Source: an uncultured Deferribacteres bacterium
GTDB lineage: Bacteria > Zhuqueibacterota > JdFR-76 > DREG01
Length of the DNA stretch: 64,000 bases
Reading direction: 5' to 3'
Assembly (NCBI GenBank): GCA_913009825.1
Contig: CAJVYQ010000019.1
Span: 2,980-66,979 of the forward strand
Shown here: positions 9,906 to 18,151 of the stretch, piece by piece
How the letters are laid out: every line of letters begins with the position of its first letter
How positions within the stretch are numbered: position 1 is the first letter of the stretch
Notes under the pieces: model-generated
Database searches by the model: none
Told to the model about the DNA's origin: nothing
The model's input: only the letters and a program-made list of their open reading frames with translations
Program-made: the position numbers and the translations under genes

Positions 9906-11267
9906 ATGAAAAATCCCGCGGACAACCTGGAATTTCTGCAGGTGATTTTAAATTCCATCGCAGACGGTGTGTTTACCATCGATAATGAGATGCGGATCAC
10001 ATCTTTCAATCAGGCTGCAGAAAAAATCACCGGCATTCCTGCGTCAAAAGCGATTGGTAAAAAATGTTCGGAGATTTTTCATTCCGATTTGTGTGAAAAT
10101 GGCTGTGCTTTGCAACGGACATTTCAAACCGGTGAAGCAGCTATTGATGTGCCGGTGCACATCATCAACAACCGCGGAAAAAAAACGCCTATTAGTGTAA
10201 GCACTTCTATTTTGAAAGATAAAAGCGGCCAGGTTTTAGGCGCGGTGGAAACGTTCCGCGATTTAAGCACTATCGAGCAGTTGCAGAAAGAGATCAAAAA
10301 AAGCTACACCTTTGAAGATATTGTCAGCAAAAGTCCCCTCATCCATAAAATATTCCAGATACTACCCGATGTTGCCGAGAGCGACAGCACAGTCCTCATC
10401 CAGGGACCGAGTGGATCAGGGAAGGAACTTTTTGCCCGCGCCATCCACAATTTAAGCTTGCGCAAACACAAACCGTACGTGGTTGTCAACTGCGGTGCCT
10501 TGCCGGAAACGCTGTTCGAATCGGAACTGTTTGGCTACAAAAAGGGCGCTTTTACGGATGCCAAGCGGGACAAACCGGGCAAAATCACGCTGGCAGAAGG
10601 CGGCACACTTTTTCTGGATGAAGTGGAAGCGCTCCCTTTTAAAACACAGGTGAAACTGCTGCGTCTGTTGCAGGAATGGGAATACGAACCGATCGGCGGT
10701 ACACGTACGTTGAAGGCCAATATCCGTGTTGTTGCCGCCACCAACAAGCAATTGCAAAACTTGATAGTAGAGGGAAAATTCCGGGATGATCTGTTCTTTC
10801 GCCTGGCGGTAGTCAAATTCGACCTGCCGCCACTAAAAGAACGGCGGGAAGATATTCCCTATCTGGTTGAACATTTCATTGCAAAATTTAATGCAAAGCG
10901 GTCGAAAAATATCATCGGTGTCAGTCCGGAGGTGATGAATATTCTTCTCAAACACAATTATTTGGGAAATGTACGGGAACTGGAAAATATCATCGAATAC
11001 GCCTTTGTGGTCTGCCGCGGTAAAATTATCGAAGTTCAACATCTACCGCAGGAATTCAGCGCTAAGGCATCATTTCAGGAAATTGCCGCCACGCATATAA
11101 AACAGGTTACGGAAGAGATAGAAATTCAGGAAATTCAGCAGGCGCTGCGCAAATATTATGGTCACCAGGGAAAAGCAGCAAAAGAGTTGGGGATCGACCG
11201 TTCCACACTATGGCGCAAAGCAAAAAAATTTAATATCGATGTCAGATCATTTAAAAAAGTTTTTTAG
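9906..11267 (+). CDS. Sigma-54-dependent transcriptional activator (PAS sensor, AAA+ sigma-54 interaction domain, Fis-type HTH)
   Basis: Walker A GPSGSGKE, ESELFGYKKGAFTDA (a GAFTGA-loop variant), RVVAATN, and the C-terminal HTH AAKELGIDRSTLWRKAKKF. The N-terminal PAS-like domain contains CSEIFHSDLCENGC. There is no receiver domain. Confidence 0.9.
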   Translation: MKNPADNLEFLQVILNSIADGVFTIDNEMRITSFNQAAEKITGIPASKAIGKKCSEIFHSDLCENGCALQRTFQTGEAAIDVPVHIINNRGKKTPISVSTSILKDKSGQVLGAVETFRDLSTIEQLQKEIKKSYTFEDIVSKSPLIHKIFQILPDVAESDSTVLIQGPSGSGKELFARAIHNLSLRKHKPYVVVNCGALPETLFESELFGYKKGAFTDAKRDKPGKITLAEGGTLFLDEVEALPFKTQVKLLRLLQEWEYEPIGGTRTLKANIRVVAATNKQLQNLIVEGKFRDDLFFRLAVVKFDLPPLKERREDIPYLVEHFIAKFNAKRSKNIIGVSPEVMNILLKHNYLGNVRELENIIEYAFVVCRGKIIEVQHLPQEFSAKASFQEIAATHIKQVTEEIEIQEIQQALRKYYGHQGKAAKELGIDRSTLWRKAKKFNIDVRSFKKVF

Positions 11268-11531
11268 TCTGAACCATTCACAGCCACGAAAACCCGAAGG
11301 CGCAAAGATGGATAAACAAGAAGGAAACAAGCTTAAAAATGATTAGTGAGAAAGTTTTACCAACATGTTGGCAGTGTTTTAAAACTTCAAAAATCAAAAA
11401 TCGTTAATTTTTGTTCCTAAATCAAAAAAATTACATTTAAAAGCGATTCACAATCATAGAGTACTCGATGCAATCTTTTATGCGGAATAATACCACAAAC
11501 ACAATCAACTATTTAACAACGTGAGGTTCAA

Positions 11532-13007
11532 ATGAAAAAAGTATGGTTAAAGGTGGCTCTGATTTTTGTTCTTCTTTTCAGTGTGCAGGAGATATTTGCA
11601 CAGAACGGGGACAGTCAATTTGATTGTTTTACCGTATTGGTCGGGAAAAATGCCACACAGGACGGTTCCGTTCTGCTCGCCCACAATGAAGATGACGGCG
11701 GCGTCAATTTGGTCGATTGGTACAAAGTACCCCGGTTGACGCACAAAAAAGGCGAATTCATTCAACTGAAAGCGGGATATAAATTGCCGCAGGTGAAAGA
11801 GACATCCGCTCTCCTCTGGTTAGAGATGCCCGGGCAGCAATTTTCAGACAGTTACATGAATGAATGGGGCATTGTGATCACCTCCAATTCCTGTCCGTCC
11901 CGGGAGAAAGAGCCGGAATTGGTGAATGGTGGCATCGGTTATTTTTTACGCAGAATCATGGCGGAACGAGGAAAAACTGCAAAATCCGCCATTAAAGTTG
12001 CCGGCAAAATCATCGAGCAGGTTGGTTATTCCGGATCAGGCAGAACCTATTCCGTGGCCGATGCCAATGAAGTCTGGATGCTTTCCGTCGTGCGCGGCAA
12101 ACATTGGGTAGCCCGGCGCATCCCGGATGACGAAGTTGCCATCATGCCCAACTATTACACTATCGAAACCGTAGATTTGCAGGATACGCTGAATTACCTG
12201 GGCTCGCAGGATTTGATTCAATATGCAATCCAAAAAGGTTGGTATGATCCCGCTAGCGGTAAAAAATTCAACTTTCGCCTGGCTTATGCTTCCCGCGGCA
12301 GTCTTTCTCATCTGGCCAACATCGCCAGAAAATGGCAGGCGTACAATCTGCTTTCCGGTGAGGCGCACCCTTTTTACGGTTATTTCCCTTTCTCTTTTAA
12401 AGCGGCGGTGAAACTAACCGCGCAAAAACTGATGGCGGTACTGCAAAATCATTATGAAGGCACGGAGCTGGAAATGAATCCTGCCTACAATGCAGGCAAC
12501 CCGCACAAAAGCATCATCATGCGCATCTGCTCGCAAACCAACCAATACGGCTTTGTCACCCAGTTGCGCAACTGGATGCCTACGGACATTGGCGTGGTAA
12601 TGTGGCTGGCACCGCGACGGCCGTGTACTCACCCGTTTACTCCCTGGTATTGCGGCATCACGCAGGTTACGCAGGAGTTCACACGCGGAGATTATGAAAA
12701 GGCGCTGCAAAATCATTTCAACGCTCCGAAAACCATCTTTGAAAGAAGCAGTTCCCATGGTTTCTGGAATTTTGCCCATGACGCGGAAAATATAGATAAA
12801 AGCTACGGCGCTCTGATTCCAACGGTTAGAAATAAAAAACAGGCCATGGAAAAACGGCTTTTTTCCAAACAGGAAACTTTTGAGAAAAAGGCGCTGGCGA
12901 CCTACAAAAAGAACCGCAAAAAAGCCAGGCAGATGCTGACCGAATATACAAAAAAATACGCTTTGGAAGCGTTGTCAGTGGTGAAAAACAGAAATGACAA
13001 CCGTTAG
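11532..13007 (+). CDS. Peptidase family C69 dipeptidase, secreted
   Basis: Signal peptide (MKKVWLKVALIFVLLFSVQEIFA), then the DCFTVLVGKNATQDGSVLLAHNEDD block typical of the N-terminal-nucleophile Cys of C69 dipeptidases. Confidence 0.75.
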   Translation: MKKVWLKVALIFVLLFSVQEIFAQNGDSQFDCFTVLVGKNATQDGSVLLAHNEDDGGVNLVDWYKVPRLTHKKGEFIQLKAGYKLPQVKETSALLWLEMPGQQFSDSYMNEWGIVITSNSCPSREKEPELVNGGIGYFLRRIMAERGKTAKSAIKVAGKIIEQVGYSGSGRTYSVADANEVWMLSVVRGKHWVARRIPDDEVAIMPNYYTIETVDLQDTLNYLGSQDLIQYAIQKGWYDPASGKKFNFRLAYASRGSLSHLANIARKWQAYNLLSGEAHPFYGYFPFSFKAAVKLTAQKLMAVLQNHYEGTELEMNPAYNAGNPHKSIIMRICSQTNQYGFVTQLRNWMPTDIGVVMWLAPRRPCTHPFTPWYCGITQVTQEFTRGDYEKALQNHFNAPKTIFERSSSHGFWNFAHDAENIDKSYGALIPTVRNKKQAMEKRLFSKQETFEKKALATYKKNRKKARQMLTEYTKKYALEALSVVKNRNDNR

Positions 13008-13076
13008 GTTTTCCTGTTCGTTATTCGGTTTTGAAAGTTCAAATTTCTCTGCGTTAAAAAAGGGCAGAGAAATGCA

Positions 13077-13114
13077 GAAGCTGACCTTTTTTGAAAAGGT
13101 CAGCTTCTTTTTTT
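13077..13114 (+). terminator. Rho-independent terminator of the C69 peptidase gene (repeated at about 13279 and about 13613)
   Basis: GAAGCTGACCTTTT / AAAAGGTCAGCTTC stem followed by a T7 run. Confidence 0.8.
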
Positions 13115-13375
13115 ACCACCTGAGGGCGCTTTAGCGTCCTTCCTGTTTTTAGCCCCGTGGTTCACCGCGGGACTTCCCAGTTCGTTATTCGGTTTTGAAA
13201 GTTCAAATTTCTCTGCGTCCTCTGCGTTAAAAAAGGGGTGAATAAAAACGCAGAGACGCGGAGACCGCAGAGAAATGCAGAAGCTGACCTTTTTTGAAAA
13301 GGTCAGCTTCTTTTTTTACCACCTGAGGGCGCTTCAGCGTCCTTCCTGTTTTTAGCCCCGTGGTTCACCGCGGCG

Positions 13376-13506
13376 CTTTTGAGAAAAAGGCGCTGGCAGC
13401 CTACAAAAAGAACCGTAAAAAAGCCAGACAGATGCTGACCGAATATACAACAAAATATGCATTGGAAGCATTGTCATTGGTGAAAAACAGAAATGAGAAC
13501 CGTTAG
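13376..13506 (+). pseudogene. Orphan diverged copy of the last 131 nt of the C69 peptidase gene (compare 12877-13007)
   Basis: Collinear alignment with about a dozen substitutions and the same TAG stop. No upstream coding sequence is present. Confidence 0.85.
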
Positions 13507-13911
13507 ACTTCCCAGTTCGTTATTCGGTTTTGAAAGTTCAAATTTCTCTGCGTCCTCTGCGTTAAAAAAGGGGTGAATAAAAACGCAGAGACGCGGAGAC
13601 CGCAGAGAAAGTAGAAGCTGACCTTTTTTGAAAAGGTCAGCTTCTTTTTTTACCACCTGAGGGCGCTTTAGCGTCCTTCCTGTTCTTAGCCCCGTGGTTC
13701 ACCGCGGGGCGGGCCCGGCGCCTTTGTTCTTTCGCGGCAAAAGAAATTCTCAGAAAAAAAATATTTTTTTGATGTAAGAACAAGGATTAACGATTTCAGA
13801 ATTTCGAAGGCATGAAAATAACTGACATATTCTTATAATAATACTACATTTCCATTCTAAGGCAAAAACAAAACAATCATAATTACAAAGAGGCAACGGC
13901 CTTCTCTATAA

Positions 13912-13988
13912 AATTTGTTGCGCAATTGTTGCACAAAAATAATGCGCTTTGCAACAAATGCAACAAATTGTATTGCGTTCCTGCAACA
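13912..13988. promoter_or_regulatory. Candidate enhancer (UAS) for a sigma-54 activator: nested inverted repeats of TTGTTGC / GCAACAA
   Basis: AATTTGTTGC (13912-13921) pairs with GCAACAAATT (13960-13969). TTGTTGCA (13926-13933) pairs with TGCAACAA (13950-13957). There is a further GCAACA at 13983-13988 and a TTGCGCAA palindrome. The centre lies about 125 bp upstream of the -24/-12 element. Confidence 0.6.
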
Positions 13989-14063
13989 TTCTATACTGCC
14001 ATCCCTTTATCCAATATCCCGTAATTTGTTATTAACATAAGGTTTACCTTACTTCCTATTCAT

Positions 14064-14078
14064 TGGTATGGATTCTGC
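14064..14078 (+). promoter_or_regulatory. Sigma-54 (-24/-12) promoter candidate
   Basis: TGGTATGGATTCTGC has GG-N10-GC spacing and is close to the TGGCAC-N5-TTGC consensus. It ends 57 nt upstream of the ATG at 14136. Confidence 0.65.
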
Positions 14079-14135
14079 CAAAGCTATTTACTTAAAAGCA
14101 AGGTTTTTTAATTTGTAAAAAAAGAAATTGTATTT

Positions 14136-14819
14136 ATGAGATTGGCAATTCCCACGTTCAAAGAAGAAGTCGCACCCAGTTTTGATTTCAGTAAAAGTTT
14201 TTCTCTCTTTGAAATCGAGAACGACAATATTGTGCGCCGGGAGAAGATGTCTTTCGGCGAACAGAATCCTCTCACACGGGTTCGGCAACTAAAACAGTAC
14301 CGGGTTGACGTCCTTATCTGCAATGCATTGCGTTCTTACACAGAACGATTGTTACAATTGAACGAGATCAGGTTTGTGTCCGGTATCTCGGGAAATGTGG
14401 ATGAAATTGTCCGCAAATATTTGCAGAAAGAGATTCAGACCAAAGAACCGGATTTGAACCGAATTGCACTGCTGAAAAAGACAAATTACGCTAATTTGTA
14501 TGTTTGCAGTCAGGAGCATTTTAAAAGCCTGGGATACGATGTTCAGCTTCCCAAAGAGACATCCAAAACATTTATCGATTTCATCGGGACAAAACGGGAC
14601 GAAACAGGAAAATCAACCAAAACCATTGCCGTGTGCTGCGGCGGCCATCTATACAAAGTCGAAGAAGAAATACGGGAATTTGCCCGGGAAACCGGCGACC
14701 TGTTCGATGAAAATTACTACGTCCACCCTGTTTGTCCGGGGGTTCAGCAGTTATGTGATCAGTACCAAATCATTCTGCTTGGCTCTGAATCGCTGCAGAA
14801 AACAATCGAAAAAGGATAA
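14136..14819 (+). CDS. NifX/NifB-C-terminal-like (dinitrogenase FeMo-cofactor-binding family) domain protein with a Cys-containing C-terminal extension
   Basis: The N-terminal about 95 aa (MRLAIPTFKEEVAPSFDFSKSFSLFEIEND...VDVLICNALRSYTERLLQLNEIRFVSG) resemble the small NifX-like fold. The C-terminal about 120 aa (..IAVCCGGHLY..VHPVCPGVQQLCDQ) are unassigned. Confidence 0.5.
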   Translation: MRLAIPTFKEEVAPSFDFSKSFSLFEIENDNIVRREKMSFGEQNPLTRVRQLKQYRVDVLICNALRSYTERLLQLNEIRFVSGISGNVDEIVRKYLQKEIQTKEPDLNRIALLKKTNYANLYVCSQEHFKSLGYDVQLPKETSKTFIDFIGTKRDETGKSTKTIAVCCGGHLYKVEEEIREFARETGDLFDENYYVHPVCPGVQQLCDQYQIILLGSESLQKTIEKG

Positions 14820-14822
14820 AAA

Positions 14823-16076
14823 ATGATCAACACAAAAAACTGGGATTGGGGGATTCAGAATAAAGTCCTTGCCGACATTGCTGAAATCAAATCCAGATAT
14901 CAGGATGTGCATGAATTTGTCGTGAGTCCCGACGGCGAAAAGATCGCTGCGCCGGTGGTGCTGGAAGATGATACTTTTACCGCATGTGTGAACAATGATC
15001 AGTGGCCGGATACTTTTGAAAAACTTTGGTACCTGCGTTTTTCCCCTGGCAATAAATTAACAGCGTTAGTAATGTCGGACGATGAATGGACGCTGGCAGT
15101 TGACGGCCGGGTTTACGAAGAAAACTATGAATATGCGTGGGATGTCAGATTCAGTGAAAATGGTGAATCGATCAGCATGTTGTATAAACGGGACAATCTG
15201 TACGGTGTAGCGCTGAACGGCAAGCCCTGGGCGAACGGTTTTGTGGCGATCCGGGACTATTGCCTCAGTCCCGACGGCAAACGCACTGCGGCAACGGTTC
15301 AGGTAAAAACACTGGACGAAGCCGATGTTTTTGGCTTTTTTGCCGGCGCCTGGTCAGTAGCCGTGGACGGAAAAGTCTGGCCGGAAAAATTTATCAATGC
15401 CTGGAAACCGGCTTTCAGTAAAGATGGCTCGCTGGTAGCTGCGGAAATCCGCACCGATATTTGTGAATACTCTGTTGCCGTCAATGGCAAATCGTGGGAG
15501 AAAAAATACGGCAGCGTTTGGGATCCTGTTTTCAGACCCGGCAACGGCAGCGTCATTGCCGCGGTAAAGGAGGGCAGTAACTGGTTTCTTGCAGAAAACG
15601 GCAGCCGAATATGGGGCCGCAATTACAATCAGATCTGGCTGCCAAAATTAAGTCCCGACGGCAAACGCATTGCAGCGGTTGCTTCGCCGGAATTCGGCAA
15701 ATGGACTATTGCCGTGGATGACAGACCGTGGGCCAAATTGTTTGACGACATGGTCCTCGCCCCTGTTTTCTCCCCGGACGGCAAAAGAGTAGCCGCCATT
15801 GTTAAAGAGAACAATCACTGGAGCATTGCCGTGGATGGTAAAACATGGCCGGAAAGTTACGATATGATCTGGGATCCGGTGTTCAGTCCCTGCGGAAAAA
15901 ACGTGGTTGCCAAAGCTGAAAAGAACGGCAGATACGCGGTGGTTTTGAATGGTAAAAACATCGGCACAAATTACGACGCCCTCTGGCCGCCGATTTTCAG
16001 CCCGGATGGTGATAAAATTCTGCTGCGTTACATCGCCGACGGAAAATATTACCGGGAAGTTCGTCCTTTGAATTAA
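14823..16076 (+). CDS. Tryptophan-rich cytoplasmic repeat protein (10 x about 40-aa PD40/TolB-like 'FSPDGK..AA' repeats), possible TmcD analogue
   Basis: Ten repeats of the form W.P.FSPDGKR[IV]AA..........W.[IV]AVDGK.W...Y...W. There are 21 Trp in 417 aa and no signal peptide. The start lies 3 nt after the upstream stop. Confidence 0.6.
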   Translation: MINTKNWDWGIQNKVLADIAEIKSRYQDVHEFVVSPDGEKIAAPVVLEDDTFTACVNNDQWPDTFEKLWYLRFSPGNKLTALVMSDDEWTLAVDGRVYEENYEYAWDVRFSENGESISMLYKRDNLYGVALNGKPWANGFVAIRDYCLSPDGKRTAATVQVKTLDEADVFGFFAGAWSVAVDGKVWPEKFINAWKPAFSKDGSLVAAEIRTDICEYSVAVNGKSWEKKYGSVWDPVFRPGNGSVIAAVKEGSNWFLAENGSRIWGRNYNQIWLPKLSPDGKRIAAVASPEFGKWTIAVDDRPWAKLFDDMVLAPVFSPDGKRVAAIVKENNHWSIAVDGKTWPESYDMIWDPVFSPCGKNVVAKAEKNGRYAVVLNGKNIGTNYDALWPPIFSPDGDKILLRYIADGKYYREVRPLN

Positions 16077-16094
16077 AATAGGAATCAATTAAAA

Positions 16095-16742
16095 ATGTAT
16101 GAATTTGTTCGTGGACCTCTGGTTTGGCTGGCTTTTATCGTTTTTATTTTGGGCAGCATCTATCGTTTGCTGCAAATACGCAGTCAGCTTAAAAAAGACA
16201 AAGTCGTTTTTTCATATATGAATTTTAAGTACGGCATGCGTTCCATTTTGCACTGGATCACCCCTTTCGGCGCCGTAAATATGAGGAAACGGCCGGCGTT
16301 TACTATCATGTCTTTTCTGTTTCATTTCTGCCTGATCATCACCCCCATCTTTTTATTGGGGCACAATCTGGTGTGGTACGAATCCTGGGGTATTCATTGG
16401 TGGACATTACCGGAGCGGATTACCAATATCATGACCATCATTGTTGTTGCGGCCGGTTTTATTTTTGCTTTGCGACGAATTGCAGACCCAACAGTGCGTC
16501 TGGTAACCGCCTTTTCCGATTTTCTGCTTTTGCTGATTGTTTTGGCGCCGTTCATCACAGGACTGTTTGCCTATTACCAGGCATTTGATTATAAAACCAT
16601 GATCACGCTGCACATCCTGTCCGGTTGCTTGTGGTTGATGATTATTCCCTTCACCCGGATTGTCCACATGATCTTTTTTGGAATTTCCCGCGCTTACATG
16701 GGCTCCGAATTTGGTTATGTGAGACACGCGAAAGATTGGTAA
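16095..16742 (+). CDS. NarI-type membrane cytochrome b subunit (HmcE / TmcC / DsrM-like)
   Basis: 215 aa with about 5 predicted helices, and conserved His residues in helices (FLFHFCL..LLGHNL, LHILSG, RIVHMIFF). Its size and its position next to an HdrD-like gene fit the call. Confidence 0.7.
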   Translation: MYEFVRGPLVWLAFIVFILGSIYRLLQIRSQLKKDKVVFSYMNFKYGMRSILHWITPFGAVNMRKRPAFTIMSFLFHFCLIITPIFLLGHNLVWYESWGIHWWTLPERITNIMTIIVVAAGFIFALRRIADPTVRLVTAFSDFLLLLIVLAPFITGLFAYYQAFDYKTMITLHILSGCLWLMIIPFTRIVHMIFFGISRAYMGSEFGYVRHAKDW

Positions 16743-16769
16743 ATCACGGATTTCAAAAACGGAGGCATC

Positions 16770-18092
16770 TTGAAATTAATCGATTCTCCCGAGAGCAAAG
16801 TAGTCGATCCCGGGCTTGACGAAACCATTAAAAAACTGACGCCCGAAAAGATAAAGCGGGTAGTCGATCACGTTCTGACCAAAGAAAACGCCGGGCGTTT
16901 GCAAATGTACATCGATACCTGCGTGCATTGCGGGCTGTGTGCAGAAGCTTGTCATACTTACCTGTCACGGGATAAAGATCCGAATTTCTCGCCGGTTGCC
17001 AAAGTGAAAAATACACTGTGGGAATTGGTTAAACAGAAAGGGGATGTCAGTCCGGAATTTATCCGGCAGGCGGCCAGAATCGCTTTCACCGAATGCGGTG
17101 CCTGCCGCAGGTGCAGCATGTACTGTCCGTTTGGAATCGACATCGCTTACCTGATCATGATTGTGCGGCGGATTTGCAGTCTGTTGGGTGTGGTGCCGCA
17201 ATATTTGCAGGACACTACCAACAGTCACGCCGCCACCTCCAACCAGATGTGGGTGCACCAGGATGAATGGATCGACACGCTGCAATGGCAGGAAGAGGAA
17301 GCGGGTTTTGAAATTCCCGGCGTACGTATCCCTCTGGAAAAAGAGGGCGCCGATGTGATGTATTCGGTGATTGCGCCGGAGCCAAAAATTCTGGCCCAAT
17401 TGTTAGGCAATATGGCCATGATTATGAAAGTAGCCGGAATCGACTGGACCATGCCGGCGACAGACGGCTGGGACAACAGCAATATGGCCATGTACTCCGG
17501 TGACTTCGAGATCATGGGACGTGTGGAACGGCTGCACTGGGAAACCGCCGCCCGATTGAAAGTAAAAAAAATCGTCATGGGCGAATGCGGTCACGCTTTT
17601 CGCGGCGCGGTGTACGACGGCCCCAAATGGCTGGGCTGGAAATTCCCGCCCATTCCCATGGTTCACGCCATTGAGTTTTACTACGATCTGATCAAAAGCG
17701 GTAGAATTAAAATCAAAGAAAAATATAAAGAACCGGTTACCATTCAGGACCCCTGTAATACGGTGCGCGGCCGCGGTTTGGGTGATAAATTGAGATATGT
17801 GGTGAATGAATTGTGTGAAGATTTCACCGATGTGAGTCCAAATCAGGAACATAATTACTGTTGCATGGCTGGCGGCGGTACCATCAATTGCGGCCCGCCG
17901 TGGAAAAAATCCCGTATGATCAGCAACCGGGTGAAAGCGGAACAGTTGGCTGCTACCGGCGCAAAAATAGTGATTACTCCCTGTCACAATTGTCACAGCG
18001 GCATCGAAGATATCATCGGTTATTACAATTTGGGCATGCACGTGAAATTTATCAACGAAATTTTGGTGGAAACCATGGAACGACCGGAATAA
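16770..18092 (+). CDS. HdrD-like iron-sulfur protein with two CCG domains (HmcF / TmcB / DsrK-like)
   Basis: TTG start 5 nt after GGAGG. Two ferredoxin motifs are present (CVHCGLCAEAC and CGACRRCSMYCP), plus CCG-type cysteine blocks (DPCNTVRG, YCCMAGGG, TPCHNCHSG). Confidence 0.8.
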   Translation: MKLIDSPESKVVDPGLDETIKKLTPEKIKRVVDHVLTKENAGRLQMYIDTCVHCGLCAEACHTYLSRDKDPNFSPVAKVKNTLWELVKQKGDVSPEFIRQAARIAFTECGACRRCSMYCPFGIDIAYLIMIVRRICSLLGVVPQYLQDTTNSHAATSNQMWVHQDEWIDTLQWQEEEAGFEIPGVRIPLEKEGADVMYSVIAPEPKILAQLLGNMAMIMKVAGIDWTMPATDGWDNSNMAMYSGDFEIMGRVERLHWETAARLKVKKIVMGECGHAFRGAVYDGPKWLGWKFPPIPMVHAIEFYYDLIKSGRIKIKEKYKEPVTIQDPCNTVRGRGLGDKLRYVVNELCEDFTDVSPNQEHNYCCMAGGGTINCGPPWKKSRMISNRVKAEQLAATGAKIVITPCHNCHSGIEDIIGYYNLGMHVKFINEILVETMERPE

Positions 18093-18151
18093 GAGAAACG
18101 ATACAATCCGGGTAAACCGAAAAATCAAGCAAGAAATTTTGAGGATAAAAT

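Larger units (their letters stand above)
13016..13708. repeat. Three copies of a roughly 160-200-bp composite unit interrupted by a duplicated gene 3-prime end
   Basis: The units span about 13016-13170, 13171-13373 and 13507-13708. Each carries GTTCGTTATTCGGTTTTGAAAGTTCAAATTTCTCTGCGT, a CTCTGCG palindrome (partly deleted in copy 1), a terminator hairpin, and the GGGCGCTTTAGCGTCC and CCCCGTGGTTCACCGCGG hairpins. Confidence 0.85.

Noticed and set aside
11369-11384. TTGGCAGTGTTTTAAA upstream of the peptidase gene as a second sigma-54 promoter.
   Set aside because: It has a -24-like TGGCA, but the -12 position holds AA instead of GC at the N10 spacing.
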